Positions 59,735 through 64,000 of a stretch of 64,000 bases of DNA are shown here, piece after piece. The stretch's first letter is position 1. Each line of letters begins with the position of its first letter. The notes under the pieces were generated by a model. That model worked only from the letters and a program-made list of their open reading frames with translations, was not told where the DNA came from and did no database searches. The DNA lies in the NCBI GenBank assembly GCA_009698575.1, contig WLPX01000004.1, positions 16,160 through 80,159 of the forward strand. Direction: 5' to 3'. A program made the position numbers and the translations under genes. Origin of the DNA: Actinomycetota bacterium. Its GTDB lineage: Bacteria > Actinomycetota > Actinomycetes > S36-B12 > UBA5976.

Positions 59735-61714
59735 CTACGAGGCTGGATCAGATTCAGGTAAATTCTGCGGCGAGATTGTTATTTGAAGTTGTGGTGCTGC
59801 GGCTTTAACGGCTTCAAGTTCTGCGGTCTTCTCCGCAACTTCAGCAATCGCTTTGCCATTGATTGCGGAAGTTGGCACACGACCATAAGTTGGATTTCCC
59901 CAAATTGATTTCTTGCCAACTCGGCGTCCAGGATATGGAGAATCCCACATCTTGCCATCACCTGCGTAAATACCTACGTGATAGACGCCACCGCTTCCAT
60001 GCCAAAACATCAGGTCGCCGACTTTGCGATCGCTAGCCGATACCTTGTCAGCCCAGCGCGACTGCGCAGCTGCGGTACGAGGCAAATCAATTCCGAGTTT
60101 GGCAAAGACATACGAGGTGTAGCCAGAGCAGTCAAAGCCTTTAGGAGTAGTGCCGCCGCGAACATAAGGCACGCCACTGTAGTCATTGGCAACATCGATT
60201 ACGGTGCCACCGTCAATACTTACTGTTCCAATGCGTGCCTGCGCGGCAGCGATCTCTGTTTCCAGAGTTTGAATTGTGCGGGATCTATCCGCTTGCAGTG
60301 CCTGGAAGGACTCGCGCACGCTTAAGTATTGAGCAACGGCATCTTTAGCCGCGCCAGCTTCGATTTTGACTGAACTGTCGATATCGATTGGAGTTTGGCT
60401 GGCACTTATTGCTGATGCGCCAGTTGCTGCTCCCAAAGTTCCCAAAACCAATGTAAGAGATGTTGCTACCCATGGTGGCGCTGCCGAGGCACGCTTGCCA
60501 GCATGGGCAGGTTGGCCATTGGTTTCCAGCACAAAGGCATCTACTCGAGCATCAATTCGCGAAAGCGACTTTGCCAAAGTTACATCGGCATCGTCTGTTC
60601 GATCGATAATAAAGTGTGCGACTCCGGTTGCCGCAGTGACGATTGTGGCCGCTGCAGTATCGATTCGGGTATCTGCCGTGGTAAGGCGAGAAGTTAAGTT
60701 CGCATCGAATGTTGCCATTCGATTGCTGGCCTTACTTGTGGCAGCCGCATATGCATAAGCGCCTTGAGAAATTCGGTAGTTGATCTTGCGATCAACTCGC
60801 GCTAATCCCCGATCCAAACCGTGGTCAGTTGCAGTCACGTTTGCAATCGCAGCATTTTTGAAGGCCTCGGCTTGATTTACTCGGTGCTGCACTCGGGAAT
60901 CAATCCGAGTGATACCCAGGTCCATGGTGCGCTCAAAGGCCGCAGCTTTGGTGTTAACCAGATTCACGGTTGTGGCCGCTGCATGCGAAAGCTGGTTTAC
61001 GCGATTTGCCACTCGAGCGTCGATTCGAGTTACGGCGTTTGCCAATCGAGTGTCGGTGGCATTGGTGGCTGCCACAAAATAAGCGACCGCAGTATGCGTT
61101 GCAGTAACTGTGCGATCAATGCCAGCGTCGATGCGAACATCGGCGCGATTGAAATCCGTTTGAATTCTTTGGTCAATGCGCATAGCGCTGCGATGGGCTA
61201 AATCTAGAGTTTTCATTTGTCGACGCTGCGCACGGTTTGCCACGTTGGTTACACGATTATCAACTCGACTAAATCCGCGAGTAACTTTGTTATCTATCCG
61301 TTCGGCCAATCTCACACTTGCTGGAACGCAAGCGTAAGCCGTACTAGATACGATCGCGCTGATGCGATCTGCAGTATGAAGATTTCGAACTAAGCGCGCA
61401 TCAAGGCGAGCTTCTAAGTTTTGGGTAACGCTAGCTAAGTTGCGGGTGCGAGTGTGAAACTTTGCGATCCGAAGTTTGGTTTTGGCATCCGAATTAGAAA
61501 GGCGTTGATCGAGCGCTCTGTCTGTTGCCTTAGCTTTGCCGGCTACGCCTTGGCCAAGGCTTGAAGTTAATTCAGTTGTGGATTGAATGCCTCGAGTAAT
61601 TAGGGAGTCGATACGGGTAAATCCAGCATCAAATCGAGCGTCCACGCGGTCGAGTAAGCCCATCGGCAGCGCAACAGCGCGGCGAATCATGGCCGTCGGA
61701 CGTGCAATAGACAT
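59735..61714 (-). CDS. NlpC/P60 (C40) cell-wall peptidase with a long N-terminal repeat region and one TM helix
   Basis: GVPYVRGG..GFDCSG...LPRTAAAQ..GDLMFW..YHVGIY..MWDSP; TM at aa ~415-435; ~10 repeats in aa 22-390. Confidence 0.88.
   Translation of the reverse strand: MSIARPTAMIRRAVALPMGLLDRVDARFDAGFTRIDSLITRGIQSTTELTSSLGQGVAGKAKATDRALDQRLSNSDAKTKLRIAKFHTRTRNLASVTQNLEARLDARLVRNLHTADRISAIVSSTAYACVPASVRLAERIDNKVTRGFSRVDNRVTNVANRAQRRQMKTLDLAHRSAMRIDQRIQTDFNRADVRIDAGIDRTVTATHTAVAYFVAATNATDTRLANAVTRIDARVANRVNQLSHAAATTVNLVNTKAAAFERTMDLGITRIDSRVQHRVNQAEAFKNAAIANVTATDHGLDRGLARVDRKINYRISQGAYAYAAATSKASNRMATFDANLTSRLTTADTRIDTAAATIVTAATGVAHFIIDRTDDADVTLAKSLSRIDARVDAFVLETNGQPAHAGKRASAAPPWVATSLTLVLGTLGAATGASAISASQTPIDIDSSVKIEAGAAKDAVAQYLSVRESFQALQADRSRTIQTLETEIAAAQARIGTVSIDGGTVIDVANDYSGVPYVRGGTTPKGFDCSGYTSYVFAKLGIDLPRTAAAQSRWADKVSASDRKVGDLMFWHGSGGVYHVGIYAGDGKMWDSPYPGRRVGKKSIWGNPTYGRVPTSAINGKAIAEVAEKTAELEAVKAAAPQLQITISPQNLPESDPAS
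60545..61651 (-). repeat. Protein-level tandem repeat, about 10 units of 36 or 40 aa
   Basis: (R/T)(I/V/A)D motif at about aa 34, 74, 114, 150, 190, 230, 270, 306, 346, 386; each is preceded by a D/E 11 residues before its D. Confidence 0.8.
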
Positions 61715-61722
61715 TTGTCTCC

Positions 61723-61880
61723 CAGCGCCGGTGGGGTGAGCTGTCGGGTGCGGCTCTGGGAAGTCAGCCGGCCAGTTTCCTGGCTTTACCCCAAGGTCCT
61801 TTGTGGACCGCTTACCTGTGGTTCCCCCACACTCACCAAAGTTTTGTGTCCCGCAGCAGGTGGTGAGACTTGGCGCCCTG
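61723..61880 (-). ncRNA. c-di-AMP (ydaO/yuaA) riboswitch
   Basis: Minus strand: gcgcc...GGGGGAACC (61828-61820)...TTGGGGTAAAGCC (61794-61782)...CCCGACAGCT (61748-61739)...ggcgc, ending next to the SD of the NlpC/P60 gene. Confidence 0.85.
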
Positions 61881-62163
61881 CTTTGGTCGGTCCCGGGTAG
61901 GACCTACCCTTGAATTCTACCTTTTTGGTTATTTGTAAGGGTTTTTGACTTGGTAAATAAAGGGTAAATCTGGGCTAGCCTGTGGATAAGTCAACCAAAA
62001 CAATGGGTTTTCAGCGCTATTTCTCATAATGTGGGATAAACCCTGTGACATATGCCCCAGCGCGACGACACGCCAGATTCGGACATTTCGCTAGTCATAG
62101 AACGGATTCCAAGCTTTGGACGCCCCTAATGCGCGTCTGAGAGCCTGGCGATAACTTTGTGAC

Positions 62164-63564
62164 ATGGCGACAGTGTTGTGGTTTCGGCGAGATCTGCGCA
62201 TCCACGACAACCCAGCTCTGGTGGCGGCTGTCGAGGCAGCCTGGGCCACAGGCGATGGCAACGTGGTTCCAGTAGTCCTGATAGACCCAGCGCTTTGGCC
62301 AACTTGGGGTCCCGCCAAGCAGGCCTACCTAATCGATTCGCTGCGAAGTTTGGATGCCTCGCTGGCAGATAACCTCGTGCTTCGCCATGGCAAGGCCCAA
62401 GAAGTCATCCCTGCCATAGCCATAGAATTTGGCGCCACGTCCGTGCACTGCGCTTCGGATTACTCAGGCTATGGAATCGTGCGCGATAACGAGATCGCCG
62501 CAACTTTGGCCAAAGCGGGAATTGATTTTGTGCAGACCGGATCGGGTTATGCCGTAGCACCAGGACGTGTTACCAAAGACGATGGAACTTACTACAAGGT
62601 CTACACCCCGTTTTATAAACGATGGTTGATTCACGGTTGGCGCGCACCAGCTGGCGATGCGACCAAGGCGCCAAATTGGATTGGTGTTGAAACTTGCGAT
62701 GGTTATCCCGATCGTCCAGATACTCGCGGAGTTGTGATTCCAAAAGCTGGCGAAGCTGCAGCCTTGGAATTGTTTGAAACTTTCTTGGCCGGGCCAATTG
62801 AAAACTATGACGAAGATCGAAATCGCCCGGACCTTGCTGGAACTTCGAAATTAAGTATTGCTTTGAAGTGGGGCGAAATTCATCCGCGCACATTGCTGGC
62901 GCGCCTGGGCGACAGTAAAGGTCATGAAGTGTTCCGCAAAGAAATTGCTTGGCGTGAGTTCTACGCCGAGGTTGCATTCCAGCGTCCAGACACAATTACT
63001 GATTATTTCAATCCGCTCTATAAGCAAATGAAATACGACACTGGAAAACTTGCAGATGAAAAGTTTGCAGCTTGGTGCGAAGGACGAACTGGGTATCCAT
63101 TTGTTGATGCCGGAATGCGCCAGCTACGCACCGAGGGCTGGATGCATAATCGAGTCCGCATGGTGGTGGCTTCGTTTTTGCTAAAAGATTTGCATATCGA
63201 ATGGCAACGCGGGGCGAACTATTTCTTTGACTGGTTACTAGATGGCGACTTAGCTAGCAACAGTCATGGTTGGCAATGGACTGCGGGCTGTGGCACAGAT
63301 GCCTCGCCGTATTACCGAGTGTTCAATCCACTTGGGCAAGGCATCAAGTTTGATCCAAATGGCGAATACGTGCGCAAATACATTCCTGAGCTTTCGCATA
63401 TCCAAGACGGCGCTGTGCACGAACCTTGGAAAGTTTTAGGTGGCTTAGATCATGGCTACCCCGAGCCGATTGTGGATCATGCCGCCGAGCGCTTAGAAGC
63501 ATTAGATCGCTTAGGTAAATTACCAAAAGGTGTCCAACAAGCCCATAATCCAAAGGGTGAATGA
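62164..63564 (+). CDS. phrB: DNA photolyase (cryptochrome/photolyase family, CPD type)
   Basis: WFRRDLRIHDNPAL, YKVYTPF, TSKLS, WREFY, TGYPFVDAGMRQL, WMHNRVRM, DGDLASN..GWQW, RVFNP. Confidence 0.93.
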   Translation: MATVLWFRRDLRIHDNPALVAAVEAAWATGDGNVVPVVLIDPALWPTWGPAKQAYLIDSLRSLDASLADNLVLRHGKAQEVIPAIAIEFGATSVHCASDYSGYGIVRDNEIAATLAKAGIDFVQTGSGYAVAPGRVTKDDGTYYKVYTPFYKRWLIHGWRAPAGDATKAPNWIGVETCDGYPDRPDTRGVVIPKAGEAAALELFETFLAGPIENYDEDRNRPDLAGTSKLSIALKWGEIHPRTLLARLGDSKGHEVFRKEIAWREFYAEVAFQRPDTITDYFNPLYKQMKYDTGKLADEKFAAWCEGRTGYPFVDAGMRQLRTEGWMHNRVRMVVASFLLKDLHIEWQRGANYFFDWLLDGDLASNSHGWQWTAGCGTDASPYYRVFNPLGQGIKFDPNGEYVRKYIPELSHIQDGAVHEPWKVLGGLDHGYPEPIVDHAAERLEALDRLGKLPKGVQQAHNPKGE

Positions 63565-63604
63565 CTTAACTGATTCTCGCTAAGTTCTTCGCTAGCCTGA
63601 ATTC

Positions 63605-64000
63605 ATGAGCGCAACTGTTTCGAATCAGGAATTAAACGATAAGCCGGCCGCTGGCTGGACCCCGATGATTTTTATTGGCCTTGGTGTGGCCTTGATCATT
63701 ATGGATGCCACCATCGTCAATGTAATTTTGCCAACCATCATTGTTGATCTGGGGATTGACTCAATTGATGCCGAATGGATCAACGCGATTTATGCGTTGA
63801 CGTTTGCCGCGTTCTTGATTGTCGCAGGACGTTTGGGCGATAGATATGGTCGCCGCTTGGTATTTATCTTGGGCGGGTTAGTTTTTGCTGGTTCCAGCAT
63901 TTTGGCTGCGACATCAACTTCAGCCGGGACTTTGATTGCTGCTCGGGCATTGCAAGGTCTAGGCGGAGCGATGATTTCGCCAACTTCACTTTCAATTGTT
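63605..64000 (+). CDS. MFS drug:H+ antiporter (DHA2/EmrB-QacA-like), 5' part only
   Basis: IMDATIVNVILPTI, WINAIYAL, GRLGDRYGRR, ARALQGLGGAMI; runs off the window end. Confidence 0.88.
   Translation, partial: MSATVSNQELNDKPAAGWTPMIFIGLGVALIIMDATIVNVILPTIIVDLGIDSIDAEWINAIYALTFAAFLIVAGRLGDRYGRRLVFILGGLVFAGSSILAATSTSAGTLIAARALQGLGGAMISPTSLSIV

Noticed and set aside
61981-62050. Replication origin suggested by DnaA-box-like words
   Set aside because: Only one perfect box and no dnaA/dnaN context.
62130-62163. PafBC (RecA-NDp) or LexA site before the photolyase
   Set aside because: No TGTCGG at the required spacing from the -10 and no SOS-box palindrome.

Overview
A chromosomal window from an actinobacterium of roughly 50% GC in core genes. 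The whiB2/DUF3499/pmm/ahcY synteny, bldC, DUF3073 and many leaderless genes identify the phylum; a streamlined freshwater lineage is plausible but is inference. 1-23.9 kb is mostly core genome: ugd and UDP-GlcA decarboxylase, purE/purK, ahcY, CDF, SIS, pmm, whiB2, a Glu-Asp-Phe tRNA cluster, bldC and purM-F-L-Q-S. Two accessory units interrupt it: a translationally coupled DUF4956-CotH-like-VTC operon and a diaminopropionate ammonia-lyase/M20 hydrolase pair. 24.0-55.2 kb is a more AT-rich, mosaic cell-surface glycan island. It holds a CDP-3,6-dideoxyhexose pathway (rfbF/G/H) linked to a ThDP enzyme, an aldolase, a dehydroquinate-synthase-like protein and two reductases (a candidate branched or carbocyclic higher sugar). 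It also holds a GtrB/GtrA/GT-C three-component set, a decayed second rfbG plus an interrupted TylF-type methyltransferase, rmlABCD, RgpF-like and TagF-like proteins, wzm/wzt, glf, galE, gmd plus a paralog, and tRNA-Arg(CCU). 55.2-64 kb encodes a DUF11 surface protein, a secreted SNase-LTD-PASTA protein, an NlpC/P60 hydrolase with a ~400-aa 36/40-residue repeat N-terminus under a c-di-AMP riboswitch, a photolyase and the start of an MFS transporter. No CRISPR array, transposase, integrase or rRNA was seen. All family calls come from motif recognition by eye; no database search was run.
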